64,000 bases of DNA, taken from the NCBI GenBank assembly GCA_963709405.1, contig CAVPXM010000021.1, positions 224,001 through 288,000 of the forward strand, written 5' to 3'. The notes beneath the pieces were generated by a model. That model worked only from the letters and a program-made list of their open reading frames with translations. It made no database searches and was not told where the DNA came from. Both the position numbers and the translations under genes were made by a program. Origin of the DNA: an uncultured Nitrososphaerales archaeon (GTDB lineage Archaea; Thermoproteota; Nitrososphaeria; Nitrososphaerales; Nitrososphaeraceae). Of this stretch, positions 1 through 12,499 are shown piece by piece. Positions within the stretch are counted from its first letter, which is position 1; each line of letters begins with the position of its first letter.

Positions 1-1
1 G

Positions 2-202
2 TATCTGAAAGTTCTTGGAATATATGACCCGAGACTAAAGATTCAATCGTACTATTACGATGCGGGTCCAGTTTATTTTCGACTTAAGATACATATACAA
101 TCAAAAAATTCCTATATAATTGTCTCTAATGCAGACCATCCGCTCCTCAAAGCTGATCCTAAATTTGACTTAGTACGAACCATTGCCCAAATAGTAAAAT
201 GA
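2..202 (+). CDS. 3' end of a hypothetical protein truncated by the window edge
   Basis: Open frame from base 2 (YLKVLGIYDPRLKIQ...RTIAQIVK) to TGA at 200-202. Confidence 0.5.
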   Translation, partial: YLKVLGIYDPRLKIQSYYYDAGPVYFRLKIHIQSKNSYIIVSNADHPLLKADPKFDLVRTIAQIVK

Positions 203-612
203 GTTATACAGTCTATCTATAAAAAATGCCTGCAAACGCTTATTTCATTGATATATAGTCATATACCTATATAGTCATATATCTATTGCAAAGTCCCAAG
301 GCGACAAAAGCTTTCAATCAAAATCGATAATATATTTTTGTACAATTTATCATCAGATTATGCAACAAACGATTAATCTCTATAAAACCTGATGTTCCTA
401 AATATCGATGAAAGCTATTAACACCTTAAGTTATTGTTTTGGTGACCTTCAGAAACGCCATTTGACTTCATGTATTCACAGAATCGGCTCAAAGGGAGGT
501 GTATGTATAATTATTACATAAACTGTCAATAAACATATAAAAAATATAATATAACAATTATTTTTTATAGCAGTAACCTTATTTAGGCGTATTATATTAT
601 AAGAATTATATT

Positions 613-945
613 ATGAAGAGAATAGAAGTAATAATTTCACCTCCTTCTATGTCACAAGCTATTGGTGCTTTACAATCACTAGGGCTACATTTTACACATT
701 ATGATACAAAAGGTCGAGGCAAAGCTCCAACACTCGCAGTAGAATTTGATAGAGGAACTAGTACAATGATGGAAGAATATAATACAAATGTTACAATTAT
801 GACGGTAGTGGCGGATTTAATGGTAGATAGAGTTATCGAAAAGATCCTTAACAACATAGGAGACAATGAAGGAAAAATTTTTGTATATGAGGTTAAGGAA
901 GCGATAGATATAAAATCTAAAAAACGTGGTGAATCTGCACTTTAG
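613..945 (+). CDS. P-II family nitrogen regulatory protein (GlnB/GlnK-like)
   Basis: 110 aa; MKRIEVII start, GRGK motif, GKIFVYEV..A.DI..KKRGE.AL C-terminus typical of P-II; TTATTTA box ~30 nt upstream. Confidence 0.88.
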   Translation: MKRIEVIISPPSMSQAIGALQSLGLHFTHYDTKGRGKAPTLAVEFDRGTSTMMEEYNTNVTIMTVVADLMVDRVIEKILNNIGDNEGKIFVYEVKEAIDIKSKKRGESAL

Positions 946-1319
946 TTTGTAATCTGATAAGATTGTCCAAATTTTCAGCTGACCTGTTGTTTTAAAGCTA
1001 CTCATTCTATTTTCTTTCTTCCTCCTTATCTATAACTCACGTTCTTATTCTCTTTTATATGCATAGTCTTCAAGTCCTTCTTTGTTACTGCCTGTTAGGC
1101 AGACCCTGTAAAAGTGCTGCCGACTGGTGATATACATAACAAAGAAATTGTTGAGAAAGGAGCAGTTAACTAGTTGAGACTGGGGCATAATTCCCTGTTC
1201 ATAGTTTGCCAATTTCCATAGATGATTTTGTTTAAAGCTAGCCTCAGGGTGTCAGATGTTTTGGTGACAAACGATCAAATCCACCCAAAGAAGACTAGCT
1301 GCAACAATAAATGAATAAA

Positions 1320-2205
1320 TGCTTCAGAATCCATCTTAATTAGCATTCTGTATTTCATAGGGTTGATACCTTAGCCAGAGTATCAGAGGAAAAAGAAGAA
1401 AAGAGGTAGGCCTTATGTCTACCCTCCAACCATGATGTTGAGATGTTTTGTAGTCAGGATATGGCTGAGATTGGATTCTAACAGAGTGATGCATGATTTC
1501 CTTGCTACGGATTGTTATCCTTACAATAGAAAGATAATGAAAGCATGTGGATTAACCAGTCTTCCTGACAGAAGGACATTTGACAGAAGGCTAGCGAAGA
1601 TATTTGTTGACATCAAAGAAAGGATAGCTGCTATCGCAGTGTTATTTGTCAAGGAAAAATTCGTTGATCCTTACATTGTTGCAATAGATAGTACATTGCT
1701 CAGAGCCATAGGACATCTCTGGCACAAATCATCTATGATCGAAGGAGTAGTAACTCGTTCAGGTATTGATACAGATCCTAGATGGGGATTTAGTCATACT
1801 GAACTATGGATATTTGGTTATAAACTCCACATAACAGCAAGTACTGATTCTCTTATAATACCTCTATCAGCAGATTTTACACAGGCTGATGTACAAGATA
1901 ATCAAATATATCCTACAATAACATGCTCTTCCTCGCTTCCCCAAGGAGTACGTTACATGGCTGCTGATTCTGGAAATGATGACCATAAGCTGCATAATTT
2001 GAGCATAGACAGAGGATTTGAGCTGGTATGTCCAGTATCAGAAATATACAACAATACTTCAAGTGACAGACTACAATTGATAGAATTCTATGAATCCAAA
2101 ACAGGACAGCCAATATACTCATGGAGAAGCATATCGGTAGAACAATTGAAAGAACACATCAAAGACGTTCTCAAGATAGATTCTTTGCCAATAAGAGGAT
2201 ATTAG
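1320..2205 (+). pseudogene. DDE transposase (IS5/IS982-like, DDE_Tnp_1), degraded
   Basis: AIDST, WGFS...WIFGYKLH and ADSG motifs in ORF 1432-2205; upstream KRGRP segment preceded by an in-frame TAG near 1372; C-terminus truncated. Confidence 0.8.
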
Positions 2206-2395
2206 AAAGCCAACAGGTTTCCCAAGCCGGAAGGTAAAGCTTTCAAGAATAATAAAATGCTAAACTTTCATTGAATTATTATTGATGATGACTGCAAATA
2301 AATTTAATGACATAAGATCCAAATTTAGATAAAGTAGTAGCCAGTTATTTATATCATGAAAATGTTAATGACAGACTCATATCAACGGTAATCAT

Positions 2396-3166
2396 ATGTC
2401 CAGTAAATTACTTGAAGAAATGAACGCGAGACAAGTTAGAAAAGATCTGAACAAAAATACAATCGCCATACTTGTGTTTGGTGCGTGTGAGAATCATGGA
2501 GATCACATGCCGTTTGGCTCGGACTTTATTTTTCCTATGGAACTAGCAAAAAGAATTGCAGCAAAATCCAAAAAAAAGAATATCATTATTCTTCCGGCTG
2601 TTCCATACGGAGTGAGCCTACATCATAATGAATTTCAAATGACAATGAGTCTGGATTCTAATACTCTTGAAAAGATAATTGAAGATCTCTTGAACAGTAT
2701 CATTAAGAATGGGATAAGGAGAATCCTCATAATAAATGGACACGATGGAAATATTGCGCCGATTGAGTCAGCTGCAAGAGCCACAAAGAATAGGTATGCT
2801 GAGGTAGTCATAGCCTGTTTGGAAGCTTGGTGGGTTTTAGTTGGAGAAATTACTACTGGTCTATTCGAGGTATGGCATGGTCTTGGCCATGGAGGAGAGG
2901 CCGAGACATCTGCAATGCTAGCGGTGAGGCCAGACTTGGTGAAAATGAAGCATGCACCTATAGAAGTTGTCCCCAAATTTCCAAGCGACAGAGTAAGGAT
3001 ATATTGGAAATTCGATGAGCTGACAAGCACCGGCGCAACCGGAGCTCCACAGAAAGCAACTGTTCAAAAGGGAATTCAAGCATTAAAGGCCCTTGAAGAT
3101 ACTTTGCTTTCATTCATAAATAATATGGATAGAACTGGTTGGAGATACGGATTATCATTGAAATAG
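2396..3166 (+). CDS. creatininase (creatinine amidohydrolase) family protein
   Basis: G.CENHG.H.P.G.D, INGHDGN and GHGGEAETS metal-binding motifs. Confidence 0.88.
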   Translation: MSSKLLEEMNARQVRKDLNKNTIAILVFGACENHGDHMPFGSDFIFPMELAKRIAAKSKKKNIIILPAVPYGVSLHHNEFQMTMSLDSNTLEKIIEDLLNSIIKNGIRRILIINGHDGNIAPIESAARATKNRYAEVVIACLEAWWVLVGEITTGLFEVWHGLGHGGEAETSAMLAVRPDLVKMKHAPIEVVPKFPSDRVRIYWKFDELTSTGATGAPQKATVQKGIQALKALEDTLLSFINNMDRTGWRYGLSLK

Positions 3167-3616
3167 GGTTTCAGGAGTTATAGTACAACAATGATGATGA
3201 GTGGAAATAAATTAATCGTGATACAGGCTTGCTTCTAAACCAAATTCGTACAAACTAAAGGGGATTTGACTAATGTGTGCATGTATCAACTTAGACCATT
3301 TAGCTCCACCAGGGCATCACCATTATGTTAGCTTGATATGTCCTGGGGTCGACGCTTGATATAGTATTGGCCTTCTTTCTACTAAATCATTCAGTTTCAA
3401 AATATGTAATCAGCATATCGCGATGGCTGTTGCAAATCAATGCCTTATTCAGTTTTAACTTATATACGATACTGATCATAATATTGTGTTGACGCTTTAC
3501 AGTTCAAACTCGACCATGTCGACTATATACAAACCAAGATCAGTTACCAAATTTAGATCCGTAAAATAATGCTTATCATCATAGGAGTATGATAACGCGT
3601 GCATATTTTCATTTAA

Positions 3617-4458
3617 TCAGGCAATATAGGATGTTCTCCTATGTTCATCTCTTACATTTTTCATTCTATTCTCAATTAGTTGTGCCTCGACCATTAAAGC
3701 TCCTATATCGCATGAAAGGTTTGGAATAATTTTGCTTACGGCTTCTGAGACCACAGCTGCCTGCGCGAAAGTCTGGCATATCTGGTAATGCATTGACAAG
3801 AAATACAATTACATCAAGATTCGTCAAAGCTCCTTCGTTTAACAAGATTGCTGGAATACCAGTTATGGTTCCACTACGTAAATGTGAAAAATAATTGCTA
3901 TGTTCCATAATTCGTCGTGCAGCTGATTCAGTACTTGTTGCTGCAAAACTATCAGTGGGAACAGGAGGAAGGGTACTGGTTTCAGAAACGACAGTATTTT
4001 CACTTTTACTCCTTCCATTGTTATAGCCTGAATCTTCTTTTTCCCCATCACTACCATGAGGAGGAGATGATGATGGAATACCTTGGGCACTAATGATTAA
4101 TTTACATTCATTTTCTCTAGTCCACTGAAGAATTACATTAGCTACCTCTCTTTGTAATGGCTTATCAATAGTAATATCGGAAACGAAGAATGCTACTTTC
4201 AGACTCTCATTTACATAGATTCTAATAGGATATTGAGGGACATAATTGGATATTACAGATATTGGTGGAAAATCTGGCGAGTCTAGAAAGGCTACAAGAC
4301 TCTGTTCCTGTTGAACGTATCAAGCATTCTGATGCAATGGCGTTAACGAGGCCGGTACTGCTTGGAAGGCCATCTAATACTATGCCTCCTTTGAGATCTA
4401 TCTCCTTATTATCGCCATCCTTTCTTTTCAATTTCTTGATCTCAATTGATGACGTCAA
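3617..4458 (-). CDS. PAC2 family proteasome assembly chaperone, split by two single-base frameshifts (probable sequencing errors)
   Basis: DGLPSSTGLVNAIA..., GTITGIPAILLNEG, PDFRAAA motifs across three ORF pieces; one continuous frame if one base is removed near 4299 and one near 3760. Confidence 0.8.
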
Positions 4459-4734
4459 ATAAGATTACTTCTCTCTGTAGACATATAATTCGTTGTATCG
4501 AGATTGCATTAAGCATTAAAAATCTAATCTAATTTCTTGTCGTATCCTAATTAACTGAATATCGCTGTTTATAGACCGAAAAACCTAGCTGGGTTGAATG
4601 CCGATGTTAGTCTATAAGATAGCCCATTTTGCGTTTTCATGAATATTTCTTATAGATAATTGTTATACATCAAGATAGTCTAATTTATGTTCATAATCTT
4701 AGTATAATAAAATCTATTATACATTTATGTAGAA

Positions 4735-4997
4735 ATGAATCGAATTCATGTTATCTCAGGATTTGCAATAGCTGCAATAGCTCTGTTGCTAATAACGACA
4801 ACAATGTCTGATAAGCAATCCGCGTTCGCACATCGAAATCACAGCCATCATAATCATAATCATCATCATGGTGGCAGTGCAGCAGCCGCAGCCGCAGCTG
4901 GTGGCGCAGCCGCAGCTGCAGCAGCTAGCGAAGGTGCAGCAGCAGCCGCAGCAGGCAGCTGGTGGCGCAGCCGCAGCAGCAGCAGCAGGTGGCAGAT
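4735..4997 (+). CDS. small secreted His-rich / poly-Ala-Gly protein
   Basis: Signal peptide (..SAFA), HRNHSHHNHNHHH tract, then GCAGCC repeats; removing one G at 4954-4955 continues the AAAAGG repeat to TGA at 4995-4997 (the ORF track version runs to 5079). Confidence 0.6.
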
Positions 4998-5088
4998 GAT
5001 GTTTGTTAGCAAGATTAGAGAATGGTATGGAAAGAACGCCCATAATCACATTTTTTCAAGAAAATCAATTATTATTTAAAAGAAAGAA

Positions 5089-5751
5089 GTGAGCAAGTCT
5101 AGTATGATGATTATGAAAAGAGAATCCCAATTTCTAGTCATTAGTTTACTTGTAGTTTTGACAGTGACAACATCTGCAATGTTATTATCTAATCAGTCAG
5201 CATTGCCCACGGTCACATCATCAATACCATTTTCACCCACTATCGTCCAAACTGCAAGAGCTGATGTGAATATTGATACTTCTGGAAATGGAAAAGCAGC
5301 TGCCTTTGATGGTAAAAATAGTATATCTTCAGATGGAAAGGGCTTTTGCAATACTGTTGACAATATTGCTGGAGGAAAGTTTGCACCTCTGTTCAGTGGA
5401 ATCGTTGATTGCAAATCTTCAAATAATTCGAAACAGTTTATTGTGGACTATTCAGTAATAAAAGACCCTGTAAAGGTCGGTGATACAACGTACATGACCG
5501 TAGCTGTTAGAGATAAGGATACAGGTCAGCCCATCTCTAATGTACTTGTTCTGTTGACTATAGAACCACCAAATTCCAACCCATCTATAGGCAAAACGAC
5601 GACTCAAACGGCATATACTGATAAAGATGGACATGCGACATTTACTGTACATATTGGACCTCGATCTAGCAGCGGAATTTATAATACTAATTTAGAAATC
5701 CGAAAAGACAATTACGATTCGAAGTTACAAAAAGCCTTCCAAGTAATATAG
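5089..5751 (+). CDS. secreted protein with C-terminal Ig-like (Big_1-like) domain
   Basis: N-terminal hydrophobic helix; V.D..TGQPISNV, YTD.DG.ATF beta-sandwich motifs. Confidence 0.65.
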   Translation: MSKSSMMIMKRESQFLVISLLVVLTVTTSAMLLSNQSALPTVTSSIPFSPTIVQTARADVNIDTSGNGKAAAFDGKNSISSDGKGFCNTVDNIAGGKFAPLFSGIVDCKSSNNSKQFIVDYSVIKDPVKVGDTTYMTVAVRDKDTGQPISNVLVLLTIEPPNSNPSIGKTTTQTAYTDKDGHATFTVHIGPRSSSGIYNTNLEIRKDNYDSKLQKAFQVI

Positions 5752-6306
5752 ACAAATCCTCTAATTTATTTATTTGACTCAGCTTGTTAAGATTAGTGTA
5801 TTTAGCGAAAAAGATAAAGAGCATGATAAGAGCGGAATTCTAGAAAGACAAGTATATCATGAAATCCCACCATGGGTAGGATATAGATTAACAAATAAAG
5901 GACAGTAGTTGGTATAATCTATCTGTAAATATGGCTAATTATGCTCTACAATTTGTATCGGCGAATTCAAGACAGCAATACGTAATAAAATAACGAGCAG
6001 ATTAACTTTCAAGAAATCAAAACACGAAACAAGAATCACGACGGCTATGCCTAGAGGATGGTTTGTTGGATGTCTTTATAGAATCATCAATTATCAATTA
6101 TCAACTATAAGCCTAGCAGCATTTGCTATGAATATGAGTTCAGAACCAATATGTATTATGGCTGCCAGTAAAGGATTAATTATACCCATAAAGGCCAGAA
6201 CAAATCCCAAACCATCAACAAATAACGTTCCAAAAAAGTTTTGTCGTATAACTGATAAAGATTGTCTAGACGTTCTCAGTATATAAGGTATCTTGTCTAG
6301 ATCTTC

Positions 6307-6967
6307 GGCTCTGTAAAGTTAAGGAAAAGCCATAGGTTTCTTTCTCGTTTTTTATATATGGTATACCAAGTAAGAAAAAATAGAACGGAACCTGAAGACA
6401 TAGTATATGCTTTGCATCTTTATTTTAATGGTCTTTCGTTAAGAAATACTTCTAAGGCCATATCCAAATTTGTTACAAGAAGCCATACTGCCATAAGAGA
6501 GTGGATTCAAAATTCAAAAGTATAATCCTAAGAGATTATTCTATAGGAAGACGAAGATATTCGAATTCATACTCGACGTAAGCCAAATCAAAGTTGGTTC
6601 TGAGTTAATTAATTTGGTTTTGGGTTGCCATAGAGCCTGAGTAAGGAGGTTCTAAGATTGAATATATCAAAAGAGAGAAATATGTCTGTGGCAGAGCGAT
6701 TTCTATCGAACGTTATAAAAGAATATGGAGAACATCCGATTTCTACCGATGGCGGTACTTGGTATCTATCCACAAGCCTGTCAATTCTTGAAACTAAATC
6801 ATCACATCCGTTCTTCATATGAGAAAAGTATCATAGAAAGGACGATACAGCACATAAAGGATAGAACGGAATGTTTTGATGACTATTTTCCATGTTGAAA
6901 GAAAAATTGCAAGTTGAAGCACGTACAAAAATGGTTAACAAGGAGAAAATATTAACTTTACAGAGCT
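6307..6967 (+). mobile_element. IS6-family element with degraded transposase
   Basis: 16-bp TIRs GGCTCTGTAAAGTTAA (6307-6322) / TTAACTTTACAGAGCT (6952-6967); internal LSLRNTSKA, STDGGTWY, IKDRTECFDDYF fragments; no TSD seen. Confidence 0.88.
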
Positions 6968-7015
6968 CTTTTTGATTAATGAACTCTTTTATACAAGAAT
7001 TACGCTAGGTCTTTA

Positions 7016-7521
7016 ATGAGTAATAGAAGCGTCGACAAGACTGCTCTCTCGTTACTGCCGCCTTCCTGGTTACCGCGGTGTTGGTAGTCATTATAGTTAT
7101 CGCATCAACGAACGGTATGACTGACGAATTGGCGTTAGCACAGGGGGCACAAAAGAAATTTACTGCAGACCTTTCTGGCAAAAATGAGGTTCCGCCAGTT
7201 AATACTAAGGCGAGTGGGACCGCTCAATTTCAGCTGAGCGCGGATGGAAAGCAGTTGGATTATGAACTATCTACAAAGGACGTCAACAACTTTATGATGG
7301 CCCACATTCATCAAGGTAAAGCAGGTGAAAATGGACAGCCCGTAGCTATGTTATCCATTGGAAAGGCAAAGATAACATCAGGGGATCTTCAAGGACCATT
7401 GAATGGTAAACAATTATCAGATCTAGCCAAGCTTCTGGAGGACGGTAATGCATACGTAAATGTTCATACCCAACAGAATCAGAACGGAGAAATTCGTGGA
7501 CAGATAGCAGCTTCCGGTTAA
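7016..7521 (+). CDS. secreted CHRD-domain protein (probable ATG at 7016 with one frameshift near 7048; ORF track start 7078)
   Basis: FTADLSGKNEVPPV, AHIHQG..GENG.PV, YVNVHT.QN.NGEIRGQI. Confidence 0.88.
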
Positions 7522-7911
7522 CAACTGGACACGGTGCAGTCAAACCAAGGAACTAGCACTTTCAAATCAATTTTATCTTTGCAATCTACAATTAATAGAA
7601 AGCGATCTTGGTTAGACATGAGTATTGGAGCATATCAGATTGTTCCTGTCCTCGTGATCACAAGAATTCATTTAATGGCAGAAAAGAAAATTATAATATA
7701 TCAAAAAAGCTATTTGCATTGTGTTGTGTCGTAGAAAGCAATCTTTTAAATCCTGTAAACTTGCAAGAAAAATACGTCCAATCCTTAATTGTCTAATATT
7801 TTGAGGCTGCTTTTTAGTTCCATCGTTTTGTGCTATCGATCCTGGTTATTCATAGAAAGGATTCCTAGAAAGGACAAGTCTAAAAAAGTATACCACCCGG
7901 CGATCGAGAGC

Positions 7912-8634
7912 TCAACTCATACTCATTGACATATTCATATCTTTTCTGTTTTCATGCTCCTGTGATTGTAGTGTGGGCGTTACTAGAGTCTTTTCGATCT
8001 CCTCCAAGCCCATACCTTTTATTAGAGTCCCAAACATTTCATGAGTGCTTGCAAAGTGGTTCGTGGTTTTGACTGTGTCTATTATAAGGCCCAGCACATG
8101 CTGCTTTCCCATAAGATGGACAGTAACAGGAACTTGCTTGAACTTTAGAATACCATCAGAATTGACATTTCCAATACCTGTAATTATCATATCACCACCA
8201 CCGATTATCACATTGTTTGAGACGAAATTATTAATCGAATGCATATGAGATTCACTACCGTCAGGCTTTACCATAGTAAAGTTAGCTGAAAAGGCGGCTT
8301 TGGGAGATGGAGGAGCAACAGATGCATTTTTAGAGATCGGGCTATTAATGTCAGTGTTATTATATACAGCTAAATCCCATAAGCCTCCCTGTATCCAGGT
8401 CACCGAACCATTTTGAATTTGATTATTTGCAAAGTGGCCTGACGCTTGGATCACCTTATTTTGCTGTTCAGTCCTAACATTTTTAGTAATTAACTCGGTT
8501 ATTTTTGCTTTTGAGTTCAAAGCATAAACAAGTGGTAAATTAGTAATTTTAATGACACATACTACGGATATTAATGAAATAGCTAAGGAGGCGAAAAGTA
8601 AAGATGATGTAGGTATACTTCGGCTCTTGTTCAT
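7912..8634 (-). CDS. secreted hypothetical protein with Met-rich tail
   Basis: Signal peptide; FTMVKPDGS..H.H.I..F motif; ends MNMSMSMS. Confidence 0.7.
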   Translation of the reverse strand: MNKSRSIPTSSLLFASLAISLISVVCVIKITNLPLVYALNSKAKITELITKNVRTEQQNKVIQASGHFANNQIQNGSVTWIQGGLWDLAVYNNTDINSPISKNASVAPPSPKAAFSANFTMVKPDGSESHMHSINNFVSNNVIIGGGDMIITGIGNVNSDGILKFKQVPVTVHLMGKQHVLGLIIDTVKTTNHFASTHEMFGTLIKGMGLEEIEKTLVTPTLQSQEHENRKDMNMSMSMS

Positions 8635-9526
8635 GTTATTTCCTTTTTAAATGGTATATAATGTGATATGAAAACATATCCTACACTATGTGTTTATTTT
8701 CACATTTGGCTATATATTAGAGACGATATACATCCAATATTTAAGCCTCACATGGAGTCTAGAACAATGGTATAGAATATAAGCACGCGTTATATAATTT
8801 TCTCAAATTTGATAATTCTTCATATACTCTTCTGCGGCTTTTCATCTTAACCTGATATGGATCATATCACTATGGACTATTTCACAGAGCGTTTATTTTG
8901 TGACTAGCGGGAATATGAAAATATCTTAGCACTGAAAGTTAGTCATGTACTCTAACAATAATATAAGTCATCATTATTAATCCAAATTTATTGGTGAAGA
9001 TTTCCCTATTTTTTGTTATAATAACAAAAAAATGGCCTGGCAATATGATCATGCTAAAAATTCAGATCACCTGATTCTAAAAGACCTGCCGCCTGGTACA
9101 AAAATGTATGTAAAATCTGACTGGCCAGTCGATTTGCATCAGATATTTATTATTTTAATTGTTCAATTAACGGAAGATATCATGGATTCTATACTGAGGC
9201 ATGCGCGGCTATTTGGAGAAGCTAGAAACAAACTACGATCATCTTGACAATTTTGAGAAGGCAATCGAGGAAACGTATCCTCCATGATCGTATCTTTGGA
9301 AGCTCCGAAAATAATCAACTAAATGGTAACGCCTGGAGATGACACAATACAATGAAGATTCTCGATTCTGTTTTAACTGTGGTCAAAAAAGGTTTTGACA
9401 TATTCAATTCGTAGTGGAGCGACAAATGATATTTGGTCCGTTCCTCAGATAAATATAGTAGATAATTTAGTCAGTATCTTCACCTGATAAGAATAAGTAT
9501 ATTGTTATTACAAAATCTTCCATACT

Positions 9527-9787
9527 ATGAAACTTGACCGTAGAAAATATATAGTATCATTAAGCATCCCGCTAGAGGTTTTAACTCCACTTACTATACT
9601 ATATCCGTTGACCGGGCCGGTCTATGCTGCCTCTGCGCATACATCTGGATATAATCATGGTTGCTCTGATGCACAGATATCCATCCCTTCTGATAGATCA
9701 TCCTCTCTTCAATTGCTAGGCCCGAGATTATATCTCGACATCATAGGTAACGTCGAAATCTTTGACATGGCCGCATTGCAGGCTTAG
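9527..9787 (+). pseudogene. remnant of a secreted protein (SGY.HGC.DA motif), 3' part apparently replaced
   Basis: Signal-like N-terminus then SGYNHGCSDAQIS; sequence character changes after ~9700. Confidence 0.35.
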
Positions 9788-10242
9788 GGTTCTAAACTCT
9801 ACGTTATGCCTCTCAAAGCTGAATGCTATAGAATCAGAACAATTTTACATGACTTTATAAGATATTATTCATTCTTAGCTTTAGAGTGTCGATGCTGTCC
9901 ATTTTGTTACCTTAAATAAAATGGATGGTTTTCATTTATACCAAGAAATGTAAAAGATAGACAACAAGGTCAGGGTATGCTTTTTAACAGCCAGCGAGAT
10001 CATATTATGAGTGATTCAGAAAGGAGAAGGATTTTGTGCATTAGACAAGGGTCTATTCATCCGAAAGCCAATTAGAAATGAAGATCTGATACAAAAATAA
10101 TACGATAATCAGATACGGTCAAGTAATAATATCTAGGCTATACGAAAAACAAACGATATCATAAAAATCCCTCTTTATTATTGCTATTAAGACATTTTTG
10201 ATTATTAAGCAATCGCATTTGATATGAAGTAGTTACAGATTG

Positions 10243-11376
10243 TTACAGAGTAAGAGCTCTTCTTATTGTGCTTATGAAATCATGAAGTTCGACTGGCTTT
10301 TTCATAATATCCATGCGGCCTTCAGATCAGGCAATATACTTATAAGCTCTGGTACAGCATCTAGAGCAGATATAAAGAGTATCTTAATATTTCTATTAAT
10401 TGCTTTCAATCTATAGTACAGCTGCAACCCATTGAGGCCAGGCATTCGTATATCTAGAACTGCCAATTTATAATGAGAAGGACTTAATTTGGAAAAGTGT
10501 TTCAAGGCTTTCACAGGATCTACAAATGCATCGACATCATAGCCTTCTAGAAGCCAGGCTTTTCTTGAACGTATAAAGGCTATCCTTTTCGTCATCAACT
10601 AACAAAATGCTGACTGAAGAAGATTGTTGCTGTTCGTGGTCATCAGACTCACTAAAAGAAATAATGCTATTATTTTTTTGCAAAGAATATAGAGGATAGT
10701 CCTTAAATTCAGCCTGCTGGTATTCAGACATTACCATCTTTTCGAAATGGCAATGATTTTCCTCAAGAGAAGAAAGCAAAGAGAAGGATTGTAGATGCTG
10801 ATAAAGCCCATCTCCTATTACTACCCCATTCAGTGATGCTTTCGAATTTATCTTTGAACACATATTCATAATCGGGCCAAACAGATCATCACTCCGGGAA
10901 GTAGCTGATCTTGCAACTTCCACTCTACCATAATCGACACTAATTCTGTAGCTGAGTGAGGGCAATTCTTCCTCATGCAATTTTCGATTAATTGTTTCAC
11001 GAGCTTCAACCATCGTTATACAACATTCGAGCACATCATTAAATGCAGATTTGTTACAAGGGTCAGTTGTTCCTGGGTAGCAGAATATCAAACAGTCACC
11101 CACATTTTTTATTATTTTTGCCCCTGATTCTCTGGCAATTGCAGCAATTGTGTTAAGAAAAATTTCATAGTATCTCCTAACTTTTTCTGGATTATTAATA
11201 CTAGAAGTAATCCCTGTAGAATCGATTATATCAACAAAACAAACACAACAATTTTGTGCTCCAATAAAACATATTTCATCCTCTTCTTTCTTCAATCCTA
11301 AAGAGTTAATGGGTTGAGAACGGTTTAAGATGTTAGTGCTGGTTGTTGACGAGTCATCAGTTGAAATTTTCGGCAC
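10243..11376 (-). CDS. class III adenylate/guanylate cyclase fused to a C-terminal response-regulator receiver domain (two frameshifts)
   Basis: FVDIIDST, KNVGD, DLFG..MN..SKIN cyclase motifs; ILLVDDE...LDIRMPGLNG...FISA...KKPV receiver motifs split at ~10555 and ~10313; final stop 10243-10245. Confidence 0.82.
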
Positions 11377-12499
11377 AGATTATCATCTTCAGTAGGCATC
11401 TTCATCAGTTAAGCTGAATAAAAATCTCCTCTATGAAAAAATGCCATACTTTTATAACCATGATGCATGTATTAAGTCTTTCACCAATTGCAACGCAAGT
11501 CGCTGTTTGTCTCTTTGTAGGTCGATAACTATTGGACATTATATAGTACACATTCTGTCTGGTTTCTAGCCAATAACTGAGGATTCTCAACGAACGCCCC
11601 ATTTACATACACAACTCACCGGGTTAAGTTGCTCTGTTTGATACCTGCTCGAATGTTCGTAGTACTCGAAGTCGAACTCAATAATCGATTAGCAAAGCAT
11701 CGTAGCCAGACAGATTAGACCGAGCTTCCACAACCTTTCTTACTTCTTATCAATCTGGCAGGTAACTTTCGTGGAAACTTTCGTTTTTTCCTATCGTTTA
11801 TATGGTATGACCTAGACCAGCCATTCAAGATCCTCTTGGAACTTCCCATGATTATCAATTTTTCCTGGACCAAGATATTGCTCTATTCAGGTGAGATCCA
11901 CCAGCAGCTATCATTCTCTCAGGATTGTTTCCTACTATGTAATGAAAATATCAGCTGCTAGTTTGTGAAATGGGTGTATAGGTGAGCATATTTAGGTTAG
12001 GTCTAGCTCATTTCTTAATATATAAGTGGTAAATAAAATAATTGGTTCCTATCCATTTTACTGCTACCTTGGATCTAAAGCTTGGAGTGATCTTATCCCT
12101 ACCTACCTTAATTACACTAACATGCTCGCTCGCTAATACACGAAAGGAAAAGAACTACGAAAGTATCAATAAAAACAATGAAGGTTGAAAACTAAGATTT
12201 AAGGATGATGAAGGATGAAGGTTAACTGAGTCATTTATTTTTGGTTCGATACTTATGAATATTAGATAAGGTTCATTCTGACGAAATGGAACCCTTTTAT
12301 TGTATAAAGAATACATTATATTCCATTTCAGTTTTTATGACAGTCCATTTTGATTATTGCATTCGACCTCCAAACAAGTCATATAATACTAATAAATTAA
12401 CACTTCAAATGGTTAACAGTTTATGCACGAATCAATTGATCGCAGGGCTTTTTAATCGTTATTCATCAACAAGAATACACCCAGGAGATTTTACTAACA

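Noticed and set aside
251-286. Tandem TATATAGTCATATA duplication
   Set aside because: Two AT-rich units only; consistent with slippage
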